24,699 bases of DNA from a virus (lineage: Duplodnaviria; Caudoviricetes). The stretch is from the IMG/VR virus record IMGVR_UViG_3300029997_000039, positions 1 to 24,699 of that record; one strand, given 5' to 3'. The notes beneath the pieces are model-generated. The model saw nothing but the letters and a program-made list of their open reading frames with translations, made no database searches and was not told the DNA's origin. Positions 1-8,638 of the stretch are shown here, in pieces (position 1 is the first letter of the stretch; each line of letters opens with the position of its first letter). The translations under genes and the position numbers were made by a program.

Positions 1-3000
1 AATCTTTCTCTGTCATATTGTCGTGCAGGAATGACCAGACATCTTCCCCGTGCCACTCCATACCTTTGGTCAGCTTATCAAAGTTGGCTTCATTACCCAC
101 ATGCCGGGCAATCCCCAGCATTTCCCCGCGGGTAATGCGCCGGTAAATTTGACCACCAGTGAGGTTTTCCGGTGATCTGGTCAGATCCCAGTCCACCAAT
201 TTATTGTTGGGTACCAACTCATTCAAACTTTGTTGCCAGTCTTTCCCCAACTTATCGACTACCGCGCTTTTAAAGTCGTTCGAAATCCCTTTCAACATAC
301 TGACTTTGTTGTAATTGGCATCAAACACGCGATTAAAGATATAGCGCGTAAAGGGCCCGAGGATCTGTTGATTGTCGAAATGGTTGGCTTTGTATTGCTG
401 CGGCTTCAATTCCGCCGCATAGCCCCGCAAAGCGGCACCCATACGGGATAGTGCTACATCCATCAACGGATCAACCCCCAATTGTTTCGGGTGAATCAAT
501 TCCTCGGTGGTGAACCTGTCCGGACGCTCCTGCATTTTGGCGGTGATCTCATTGACAACATCACCCAAGTCCATTTTTTTATCACCCATCGTGATGGTCT
601 TACGCTGACGGGCAATCGTCTCTAACGACTTCATGGTGTCATGGAAACCTCGCAACTGCTCCATGGTCATCTGGCGCCATGGCATCCGAACCGCAGAGTT
701 TGCCATATCAACATTCTGGACCGGTGAATAGCCGGCCGCAATCTGCGAGTCATTCCAATTTTTTAACTGAATCTCTTTTTTGGTCATGCCCTGCGTGGGA
801 TTTTTGCGGAAATCAAAGCGCTCGCGCAACGCATCGATCTGCTCCAGTACGTCCGGATCCATCTTGCCGCGAATCGTGGCTTTGTCATATTGCGCCTGGT
901 TGGCCAGAATGCGTCGGATATCGTCCAAAGCTTCCCGCGATGATCTGGCTAGACTGTTGCTGAGCAGTGCTTGGCGTTGCGACTGAGCAGCTGCGCGCGG
1001 ATCCTTAATCACCTGGCGTACCGCTTCTTTATTGGCCTTGGCTTCCGCAATCTCATACTGACGCGGATTAATCTCACCAGCTTGCTTCGCTTTGATAATA
1101 TTGTCGGCCAACTCTTTTGCCGCTTTGGTTAGTTGCGTCTCTGATACTTTGGAATCAGTGAGCAACTTTAATCCGGACGCCATAAACCGGGCGCGCGCTT
1201 CGTTGGCCACCGCGGCATTAGCTGCATCCTCAATCGCTTTACGGTCCACCAGCTCACCATGCTTTTCGAGCATGCGCTGATCGGTCAGTTGCTTAATCGC
1301 TTCATAGGGGGATTCTGACTCGAGTAAACTTTTAATCATGTCACGCCCAGATGGGAACCCCATAGTCTCAGCCAGCATGTCCGGGTCCAATCCAACGGTA
1401 TCGGAGGTCATGCGTCGCTCTGACAAAGTCTTGAATTCCCGGGAATCCTCGCCGTACATGGCCTTAACATCTGACGTAGAGAGTTTGCCGTGGTACTTTT
1501 CTTTCAGATCGACCGGATCCAGATACGGTTTTTCGTTACGTGTGAAATCCTTTTGCCAAGAGAATTGATCATTACCGTTTTGCTGGTCGTTGAATTTTTC
1601 TTCAAACTCGCCCAAGTCATGCTCAGACAGATAATTCTGCTCGACCAGTTTTTCAGCCATGCGATCAATCGACAAACCACCTTCTTTCCTGACGATAGGC
1701 TTACCGAATACGCCGGAATCACCGATATCGGCGCGCTTTAACCCCCACTTACTAGCGACTTCATCCGCATTCAATCCACCATTTTTTGCGATCGCTTTAT
1801 ACAAATTATCCTGCGTTGGATCAACCTGGTTCGGATTGCTCTTCGGCGCTTTCTCACCAGGCAAGACCTGGCCAGCCTCATCACCACCCACGGACAAAAA
1901 CTGCCAAGCCTGGTAAACCGGCTCCTTCATCACTTCTTTGGACGCCGCTATTTCTTCACCACGCCGCATCACCTTGCCACGCTCCTGCAGTCCCTTGATC
2001 ACTCGACTGCGCGCATTGGAGGACCACTGCATATCCCGCATACTTTTCGCCTGTAGCTGCGCCACAGCCTCATCGGTAGCCTGCTTGCCGAGCGAGATAT
2101 AGTCGTGCAACTGGTCCTCCGTAGCACCGGACCGACTGAGATCTAATGGGAAATAGCCGCGCAGTTTTTCGGTTTCACTGATCGCCTGGTCACTGGCCAA
2201 CATGCGATCCATGACTTGACTAACTTCCGGCGTAAATGAACCAGGTGCCACCGATTGATAGACCGACAGCAACCAGCTACGAAAACGCGAGAATAAGGAT
2301 TGCAGTTTTTGCGTAGGCGCTTTGCCTTCCATCAGATAGGACTCAAACGCAGTGGCAAATTTCTCGTGGCCGGCACGCTGCTCATCCAATGACATCGCAT
2401 TCCAATTATCGTTGCGTGTTTCTGGTGTGGCGCCTGGCGTACCCATGAACTGCTGCAGCGTGTCCATATCATCCTTGAATTGTTGCGGCGCACCGTCGCG
2501 GTTGGCCATATCATTCAAGACGTGCAAATAAAAATGACCCGACTCGTGTAAAAACGTAGTCAGGTCAGCATGCTTAAATAAGCCGATCGTGTGTGTATCA
2601 GGATTGAAGCCGCCGCGATTTTCCTGGCTTAGCGTTTTTTCTTCGCCGCCGCTTCCTGTTCGTCCGCCAGCTGATTCCAGGTCTTGCCCTTGTGTTTTTC
2701 CTTGAATCTCTCCAGCGCTCCCGCTAGATCCGGCTCGGGTCGTGATGGCTTGATATTTGGCGTCGTCGATGTCGCCGTTTTCTTTGGCTTTGTTTGCGAG
2801 GTCATAAAGATCCCCTTTCACCTTATTATAGTCATATTTAGGCACATCTTCAAGCTTTCCGACATGCATTTGGCTCAATTCACCCTGATTATTGACAATT
2901 CTTATTTCTACGCCAGGATCATCCTTATAGTGCTCTGCCAATTGGCGAATTGTATCTGACGCACCGACATGCGCCGCCGCCAACGTTTCAAGCGGGAGGA

Positions 3001-5308
3001 CGCGATCACGTCCCATGGCGAACTGAAATGCCTTATCGGCCGGTCGATTGGTATAGAGAATATCAACCGGCGCACCACTCGCACGCGCCTGGTCAATGCG
3101 CTTCTTGGCCGAATCAAAATTGGAAAGAGTCGAATCCATCACGAGATTGTCTTTTGATAATCCGAACGTATCGCGCGCCACATCCATCGCTTCAGACTTG
3201 CCACTACCACCGCCCCCGGCCGTAAACGTCACAGGCTTGCCGTCATTCTCCTTGAGCGCTTTCGAAAACAACATTTTTGACAACATCGAAGACGGTTCAT
3301 GCACGGCATTGGCTAAACTTGGATCCTTAGCGAAAGCGGGAAACATCTCTTTTACCTTGTCCGGATCGATGACGTTGCCATTGCGTTTGAAGTAATTTTT
3401 GATCAACTTATCCGGATTCGTGCTGATCTGGTTATGCGCTTCGGTCTCAATCGCCTTATGTTCTGGTGAGAGCGCCGATTGTTCCAGTTCTTTGCCCGTA
3501 CCGAGTTCACCGGTAATTTTCAGCGGATAGCGCGCATACATCTCTTCCGGCGTGATGCCGGCGCGCTCTGCCTGGGTACGATAGAACTCCTGGACCGGCG
3601 CCAGGCTGGCATTCACCACGTCATTGCTATAGCGACCCGTATCGCGCATTTGCTGCGTCAACGTGTCGCCAATCGTCTTAATCTGGTGATCAGTGTGTTC
3701 TTTGTCCTGTTGACGCTGCGCCAACTCCTGCGCGCGCGCGGTCTGCTCGTCCGATTGCGGTTTTAACGCTGCCGCCGCTTCCGTCACCGTCATGCCGTCA
3801 GGACTCGTACGCATGGTTGGAATAATACTATTCTCGACTTCCGTGCCGGCAATATGCGTTGCAAAGTCAGACACGGGGATACCGATATCGCCACCGGTCT
3901 GAATGGCCTCATCTAACTGCTGGTGAAATCCTTGGACACTGGACATGTCGACCGGAGACTGCGCCAACGCATCCGCGAACGTTTTGGCGTCAAAATACAC
4001 CTGCTGACCGGGCAGTACCGCCTCGATCGCAGACTTAAATGCTTGCGGGTCCGCTTTCTTTAAATCGGAGTTTTGGGCAAATTCGGATACTTTTGCAATC
4101 TGCTCAGCACCTTGCTGTGCCTGCTCAGCCTTCAATCCATTAACCGCGGTATCAACCAACCCCTCATGCACTGGACCACCGTGCCCAGCTCCCAACACCG
4201 CAGCACCAATACCATTGAGAATCAGCTGCTGCGTGTCAAATGGCGAGACTTGCGGATTCACCATATTCATGGCTTGCCGAGATACCTCGCCGGTCGTGGC
4301 ACCAGAAACAAAGCTCTGCAACGCTCGGCTCGGCAAAGATCCTTCCGCAGCCAACGGCGCAATGCCACCGAGCTCGGTAGTGCCGAACGTAGCAGAACCC
4401 ACGCGAATAGCTTGGCCAAGGTCGTGATTTTGTTCATAGTCAGCTTGCGCGGCATTGATCGCCGCCGATATCGACGGCACTAGCATCGTACGCGCACCAT
4501 GCACAACTTGAGCGCCGACTTCCTGCGCCACAGTACCTAATTTAGCCGCGCCAGCCGCAACCTGCTCTGGACCGGTCAGAATCGCTGTTGACAACATTTG
4601 CGTCATGTTCCCAAGCATGTCAGCGGCCTTATCTCCAAAACTGGCATTCGGATCCAATGCTAATTGATTCGATATATTCAGACCAGGCTGGACGACATGT
4701 TGCTCAAATATCTGACTTAATTGATCGGCACCGACACCCTTTAATCCCCAATTAATCAACTGATTGAACGAGTTACCCAAATCCTTAGCGCCGCGCCCCA
4801 TCGCACGCAACGCGTCTAAACTGTAATCCCCCGCAGTACCAAAGCCACCGATATCACCTTGTTTATCCAGATCTTTCGGAGACAGTGCCGCAAGACCTGG
4901 TAACTCATTTTGCGCAATTCTGGCCGCATCTGGATTCTTGGCGACCCACCCCGCAACTGATGGGTTGTCTGACAATACTTTGGCATTCGTCTGGGCTAAC
5001 GCTTGCGCCTGAAAACGCGGCACATCGGTTTCAATCGCAGATTGAGGCGCATTAAGTTGACGCGCAATCGGTGCAGCTGCAGCTGCCGTACTGGCGGATT
5101 GCTGACTATTCTGAATTGCGACAGCTTGCGCCTGCTGGGTGACATTGGCATCATCTTGCGCTTTCTGATTTTGCAGGAAACTATCAATTGGATCCGCACT
5201 CGAGATAGACGGCGACGCTGGTAGCGCCTTTGCAACTGGTTGCGCTACCGGTTGAGCCGGTGCGGCGTCTTTTTGCGACTGAAGAAAACTATCGATATCG
5301 TCAGCCAT
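1..5308 (-). CDS. Giant internal virion/DNA ejection protein (large polyvalent protein, >1769 aa, 3' end outside window)
   Basis: ATG at 5308-5306 overlaps the TAA of the upstream gene (TAATG). Manual translation starts MADDIDSFLQSQKDAAPAQP. I found no stop in the parts translated by hand (5308 to ~1620 and 120 to 1), and its absence from the ORF track fits a frame running off the edge (...MLGIARHVGNEANFDKLTKGMEWHGEDVWSFLHDNMTEKD). Gly/Ala-rich hydrophobic segments in the N-terminal third, a P-loop domain and an HExxH domain. Position after the SLT protein matches the largest podovirus core protein. Confidence 0.9.
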   Translation of the reverse strand, partial: MADDIDSFLQSQKDAAPAQPVAQPVAKALPASPSISSADPIDSFLQNQKAQDDANVTQQAQAVAIQNSQQSASTAAAAAPIARQLNAPQSAIETDVPRFQAQALAQTNAKVLSDNPSVAGWVAKNPDAARIAQNELPGLAALSPKDLDKQGDIGGFGTAGDYSLDALRAMGRGAKDLGNSFNQLINWGLKGVGADQLSQIFEQHVVQPGLNISNQLALDPNASFGDKAADMLGNMTQMLSTAILTGPEQVAAGAAKLGTVAQEVGAQVVHGARTMLVPSISAAINAAQADYEQNHDLGQAIRVGSATFGTTELGGIAPLAAEGSLPSRALQSFVSGATTGEVSRQAMNMVNPQVSPFDTQQLILNGIGAAVLGAGHGGPVHEGLVDTAVNGLKAEQAQQGAEQIAKVSEFAQNSDLKKADPQAFKSAIEAVLPGQQVYFDAKTFADALAQSPVDMSSVQGFHQQLDEAIQTGGDIGIPVSDFATHIAGTEVENSIIPTMRTSPDGMTVTEAAAALKPQSDEQTARAQELAQRQQDKEHTDHQIKTIGDTLTQQMRDTGRYSNDVVNASLAPVQEFYRTQAERAGITPEEMYARYPLKITGELGTGKELEQSALSPEHKAIETEAHNQISTNPDKLIKNYFKRNGNVIDPDKVKEMFPAFAKDPSLANAVHEPSSMLSKMLFSKALKENDGKPVTFTAGGGGSGKSEAMDVARDTFGLSKDNLVMDSTLSNFDSAKKRIDQARASGAPVDILYTNRPADKAFQFAMGRDRVLPLETLAAAHVGASDTIRQLAEHYKDDPGVEIRIVNNQGELSQMHVGKLEDVPKYDYNKVKGDLYDLANKAKENGDIDDAKYQAITTRAGSSGSAGEIQGKTQGQDLESAGGRTGSGGEEKTLSQENRGGFNPDTHTIGLFKHADLTTFLHESGHFYLHVLNDMANRDGAPQQFKDDMDTLQQFMGTPGATPETRNDNWNAMSLDEQRAGHEKFATAFESYLMEGKAPTQKLQSLFSRFRSWLLSVYQSVAPGSFTPEVSQVMDRMLASDQAISETEKLRGYFPLDLSRSGATEDQLHDYISLGKQATDEAVAQLQAKSMRDMQWSSNARSRVIKGLQERGKVMRRGEEIAASKEVMKEPVYQAWQFLSVGGDEAGQVLPGEKAPKSNPNQVDPTQDNLYKAIAKNGGLNADEVASKWGLKRADIGDSGVFGKPIVRKEGGLSIDRMAEKLVEQNYLSEHDLGEFEEKFNDQQNGNDQFSWQKDFTRNEKPYLDPVDLKEKYHGKLSTSDVKAMYGEDSREFKTLSERRMTSDTVGLDPDMLAETMGFPSGRDMIKSLLESESPYEAIKQLTDQRMLEKHGELVDRKAIEDAANAAVANEARARFMASGLKLLTDSKVSETQLTKAAKELADNIIKAKQAGEINPRQYEIAEAKANKEAVRQVIKDPRAAAQSQRQALLSNSLARSSREALDDIRRILANQAQYDKATIRGKMDPDVLEQIDALRERFDFRKNPTQGMTKKEIQLKNWNDSQIAAGYSPVQNVDMANSAVRMPWRQMTMEQLRGFHDTMKSLETIARQRKTITMGDKKMDLGDVVNEITAKMQERPDRFTTEELIHPKQLGVDPLMDVALSRMGAALRGYAAELKPQQYKANHFDNQQILGPFTRYIFNRVFDANYNKVSMLKGISNDFKSAVVDKLGKDWQQSLNELVPNNKLVDWDLTRSPENLTGGQIYRRITRGEMLGIARHVGNEANFDKLTKGMEWHGEDVWSFLHDNMTEKD
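2280..2620 (-). other. Zincin-like metallopeptidase (MPTase-type) domain within the giant ejection protein
   Basis: RGGFNPDTHTIGLFKHADLTTFLHESGHFYLH (HExxH at 2548-2534, aa 921-925), then HEKFATAFESYLMEGKAP (candidate third ligand Glu at aa 982). Confidence 0.8.
2629..2805 (-). CDS. Nested 58-aa ORF overprinted in the +1 frame of the giant ejection gene; candidate antitoxin/immunity protein for the adjacent kinase domain
   Basis: Minus strand TAAGGTGAAAGGGGATCTTT-ATG (SD-like AAGGGGA 5 nt before ATG 2805). Translation MTSQTKPKKTATSTTPNIKPSRPEPDLAGALERFKEKHKGKTWNQLADEQEAAAKKKR, TAA at 2631-2629. Below the 60-aa cutoff of the ORF track. Function is inference. Confidence 0.6.
   Translation of the reverse strand: MTSQTKPKKTATSTTPNIKPSRPEPDLAGALERFKEKHKGKTWNQLADEQEAAAKKKR
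2740..3480 (-). other. Zeta-toxin-like P-loop kinase domain inserted in the giant ejection protein
   Basis: NVIDPDKVKEMFP...AVHEPSSMLSK, VTFTAGGGGSGKS (Walker A at 3217-3194, aa 698-705), NLVMDSTLS, VDILYTNRP, AMGRDRVLPLETLAAAH, IRIVNN. These resemble the zeta/PezT motif set. Confidence 0.75.
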
Positions 5309-7623
5309 TATTTGCCTTTAGGTGGTTGTTGCGTATAGGCGGTATAGAGCTGGCTAAGTTGGTCATCAGTCGGAGGCTTTCCGTAAATTCTGGTGTATTT
5401 ATCCGTCCAGGTCTGTTTTTGATCATCTGGAATCTTTGCCGTGAATGGTGCGCCGGCCGGTACTTGATAGGCGGCGACAGGCTTATCATTCGTGCCATAA
5501 ATCAACCCAGGCTTTGGCGTCGTACCATTCACCAGCAAGCCGGATGCAATTTTTCGCAAAGTAATATCGTCGGGATATTTTTGATTCTGATCATGGTATT
5601 GCTCGAGCTTACTTTGCAGCTTGCCGTAGAACATTTCTGTGTTGTTCATTTCATCCGTGTTGGGCTTAGCTACACTGCCCAGGCCCATCGGTTTCAACAT
5701 ATCGTCAACGGTACCCTTAGTGTGGTCCCAATTCACCGATTTATCTTCCTGGCTGGCGTCGTGCTTAAATAGTGCCGCTTGAATGCCGGTCAATTCTTTA
5801 ATCTCCGCTAAAGGGATCTGACCATACAGTTTTGATAGATCAGCCGCGGCAAATGAAGTGGGATCATTGACTGCCTGACCACGCAATTGGTAATAGGTTT
5901 TAAACCCGTCCTCAGTCATGGGCACATTCTGCGGCTTGGCTAGCGCGTTCTGAATCGACATCTTGACTTCCGGCGTGGCCTGCGCCCAAGCTTGCTGACC
6001 TTGCGGCGTACCGATTAACTGATCGACTGAATTTGCACGATCCGATCCATCTGGCTTACTCCCGAGCATTAATTGATTTAATGTGTCACGAGCTGCATTC
6101 TGCTGTGCTGTGACGCCAGAAAGTATCGTGTTGCCGTTATTTGCTGTGCGTGCTGCTACGGCATCCGCAAAGCGCGGGTCATTCGGATACATCCGCTCAG
6201 CCGCTTCACGCGCGCTTTCAACAATATCAGGCAACTGCGTTTTTAACTGGCTGGTGGTCGGCAACTGGCCGTTTTGATTCGGCTGCGGTTTGATCATCCC
6301 CAACCCGCCCCCCACATATTTACTGGTCTCGCCAAATGGGATCGCATTGGCAAATGCCATATTGTCACCCGTTACGCGAGGATCCGGCAGCTGTGTATTA
6401 TTGGGATTCTTGCCGGACTTGTTGGTGCCGTTCAACCAGTCGTCAACAACAGCCGGACCGGCATTGTAAGCGGCTAACACCAGTGCAGGATTTTGATAGC
6501 GCGCTGTCATGGCGCCCAGATAATCCGTGCCAACCCGTGCGATTTCAGCAGCGGAATTATCCTTTGCCGGCGTGACACCATAACCGGGATTAGACGCAGT
6601 CGTTGGCATCACCTGCATGGATCCAGTCGCGCCCTTTGACGAAGTCAACGGAGAGCCATCTGGCGCCGTGCCGCCTTCCAATTTTTGAACGACGGCCTGT
6701 AAAGGTGGTTGATTCTGTGTACCTGGTTGAACCGTCAGAGGATCCAGCAACGGGCCACCGTTAATCGCCTGGTGCGCCAAAATACTTGTTTGAGTGTCTT
6801 TGGCAGCCGCCAGTAAATGCGCCTCAAGCGACGGACGGATGTCACCCAGAATCTTATTAGACACATCGTCATGCACTTGCTGGCCGACTTGATTGGTATA
6901 GGTCTCGCCATTTTTATACAGATCATAGGCACCCACCGGATCAGTAATACTCATTTGTTGCAAGCGGGATGCATAAGTCTGACTGGTGAATTGCGCCGCT
7001 TTTTCATTCGCTAACTCGACCGGCATGCCGCGAAACTGCGCATGCGTCATGATCTCCTGAATCCCAGATTGCAATCCGGTATTAAAACCAACAGGATCAT
7101 TCCAATGCTGCAATGCAAGCTGTCCAGATGCAGAGACCATGCCTTGTGATGTTTGATCCTGATACACCGTATTTTGCTGCGTCTGGTGGCGGGCTGCGCC
7201 GTCCATATTGAAGGATTCAAGCTTGCGTGAGATGTTGTCAAACATTTGCTGCTGTTGGGGGTTCGCCAGTTGGGCCCTGGTTTGTTCGCGCAGGTCTTCC
7301 ATACTCTTCATGTACGCCGGCATACCATCCACCGCATCCTTGCCTTGCGTGGCGAGATAACCCTGGGTGAGTTGGGTGGCTTGCGGAAAATAATTTTTGT
7401 AATACGTGTCGTTGGTATTAGTCTCGTTCTGGACTGCCTGGACATTAATCGCTGATTGCGTGATTGACGTATCCGCATTTTCAAGCGACTGCCCCAGACC
7501 GCCCGCAGCCTGAAACTTGCCGGCACCAAATGCAGACGCGTCCGCACCTTGAATATTTTGATAACCAAGTGGCTGATTATTAAAAACGCTTTGTGACGAT
7601 TCTTGGTCTGGCAATATCGGCAT
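5308..7623 (-). CDS. Internal virion (ejection) protein with soluble lytic transglycosylase domain, 771 aa
   Basis: SLT motifs QKLEGG (catalytic Glu), SSKGATGSMQVMPTT, LAAYNAGP, IPFGETSKYV (~6700-6310). Gln/Ala-rich helical flanks. Lies between the gp14-like gene and the giant core gene. Confidence 0.88.
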   Translation of the reverse strand: MPILPDQESSQSVFNNQPLGYQNIQGADASAFGAGKFQAAGGLGQSLENADTSITQSAINVQAVQNETNTNDTYYKNYFPQATQLTQGYLATQGKDAVDGMPAYMKSMEDLREQTRAQLANPQQQQMFDNISRKLESFNMDGAARHQTQQNTVYQDQTSQGMVSASGQLALQHWNDPVGFNTGLQSGIQEIMTHAQFRGMPVELANEKAAQFTSQTYASRLQQMSITDPVGAYDLYKNGETYTNQVGQQVHDDVSNKILGDIRPSLEAHLLAAAKDTQTSILAHQAINGGPLLDPLTVQPGTQNQPPLQAVVQKLEGGTAPDGSPLTSSKGATGSMQVMPTTASNPGYGVTPAKDNSAAEIARVGTDYLGAMTARYQNPALVLAAYNAGPAVVDDWLNGTNKSGKNPNNTQLPDPRVTGDNMAFANAIPFGETSKYVGGGLGMIKPQPNQNGQLPTTSQLKTQLPDIVESAREAAERMYPNDPRFADAVAARTANNGNTILSGVTAQQNAARDTLNQLMLGSKPDGSDRANSVDQLIGTPQGQQAWAQATPEVKMSIQNALAKPQNVPMTEDGFKTYYQLRGQAVNDPTSFAAADLSKLYGQIPLAEIKELTGIQAALFKHDASQEDKSVNWDHTKGTVDDMLKPMGLGSVAKPNTDEMNNTEMFYGKLQSKLEQYHDQNQKYPDDITLRKIASGLLVNGTTPKPGLIYGTNDKPVAAYQVPAGAPFTAKIPDDQKQTWTDKYTRIYGKPPTDDQLSQLYTAYTQQPPKGK

Positions 7624-7640
7624 GACGTGTCTTTCTTAAA

Positions 7641-8207
7641 TTATGAGGATGTCGCCTGATACCCACCGCCGCCCGGTTTATACCAGTTGCTCGACACAGT
7701 GCTGGCGCCACTCAACATACTGGAGAAAGACCCCAACATACCCGCCTCCGCCGCCTGTTCGCCTTGCATTGTTTCTAAATTCGATGTAGCACTAAAATCA
7801 GCACCTTGATTCGTATAATTCCATGCGGATCGAGCCGCATTGCTGACGATCGTTTGTTTATTCAATTCATCCACCTCAGCAACTCCTTGCTGATCGCGCA
7901 GGGATGAACCACTATTCAAATCCAGTCCAGACGCGCCCATGACAGCGCGAATCATCCCTTGATGTTGTGCGGCCTGCTCTTCTTCGGCCTGTACCTGGGT
8001 GTTGCCGGTAGCGGTTGCTGCATTGGCATTGTAGGACGCAATCGTGGCGTTATTCTTAGCGACTTGCGCCTGGTACTGTGCCGCCTGGTTAGCGGCCTGC
8101 CCCTGTTCGTACGCACTGTATGCTGAAATACCGGCGCCGGCAATGGCAGCAACGCCACCAGCAATCGCCACCCCCGCGGCTGTTATACCAAATGTCATCG
8201 CACACAC
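7641..8207 (-). CDS. Internal virion protein, T7 gp14-like, 188 aa
   Basis: MC start, hydrophobic Ala/Gly N-terminus, QGQAANQAAQYQAQVA, MGASGLDLNSGS motif, Gly/Ser C-terminus; gene position. Confidence 0.8.
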   Translation of the reverse strand: MCAMTFGITAAGVAIAGGVAAIAGAGISAYSAYEQGQAANQAAQYQAQVAKNNATIASYNANAATATGNTQVQAEEEQAAQHQGMIRAVMGASGLDLNSGSSLRDQQGVAEVDELNKQTIVSNAARSAWNYTNQGADFSATSNLETMQGEQAAEAGMLGSFSSMLSGASTVSSNWYKPGGGGYQATSS

Positions 8208-8638
8208 TCCAATAAGTTATTGATCAACTGTACGTTGTCAGCACCACCAATCAACTCCTGCGCCGTTGAATGTGTCAATTCTGAGACCAGCTTTTCTAAA
8301 TCGGTCTCGGTCGTTGCGTGGACAGTCGTAAAATACGTGTCATCAATGGCGTACATGGCGCGCTTTGTTCCTGGAAGTGATACAAAAATTTCCTGCAGCG
8401 CTTGAATATTTCTCACCTCTTGATCATCAGTGACGTTCAAATTTCCCGATACAATGCAAATATGTTCACTTTTATGCACTGCACCCGTTAAGGTAATCCC
8501 CGCTCTAATGAGCATTTGCCGCGCATACAGACCAGGAGCGAAGTAATGCCAAAGCGGTACGCTGACTTGTGGAAGGCGGCTATTCTCCTGCTCTAAGCGG
8601 TTGACCTTATCCAGCATTCTATTTGTCACTTGGTTCAT
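8195..8638 (-). CDS. Cupin-like (double-stranded beta-helix) phage protein, 147 aa
   Basis: HYFAPGLYARQMLIRAGITLTGAVHKSEHICIVSG...FVSLPGTKRAMYAIDDTYFTTVH pattern; ATGA overlap with the upstream gene. Confidence 0.65.
   Translation of the reverse strand: MNQVTNRMLDKVNRLEQENSRLPQVSVPLWHYFAPGLYARQMLIRAGITLTGAVHKSEHICIVSGNLNVTDDQEVRNIQALQEIFVSLPGTKRAMYAIDDTYFTTVHATTETDLEKLVSELTHSTAQELIGGADNVQLINNLLECVR

Noticed and set aside
1504-5235. Other alternative-frame minus-strand ORFs inside the giant gene (1504-1722, 2332-2514, 2908-3117, 4267-4455, 4996-5235)
   Set aside because: They have Arg/Ser/Trp-rich off-frame composition and mostly overlap well-formed domains of the main frame, unlike the 2629-2805 ORF.
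230-5772. Many plus-strand ORFs (up to 180 aa) in the ORF track over the left 5.8 kb
   Set aside because: They are antisense shadows of the giant minus-strand ORF and the SLT gene, with no recognisable motifs.
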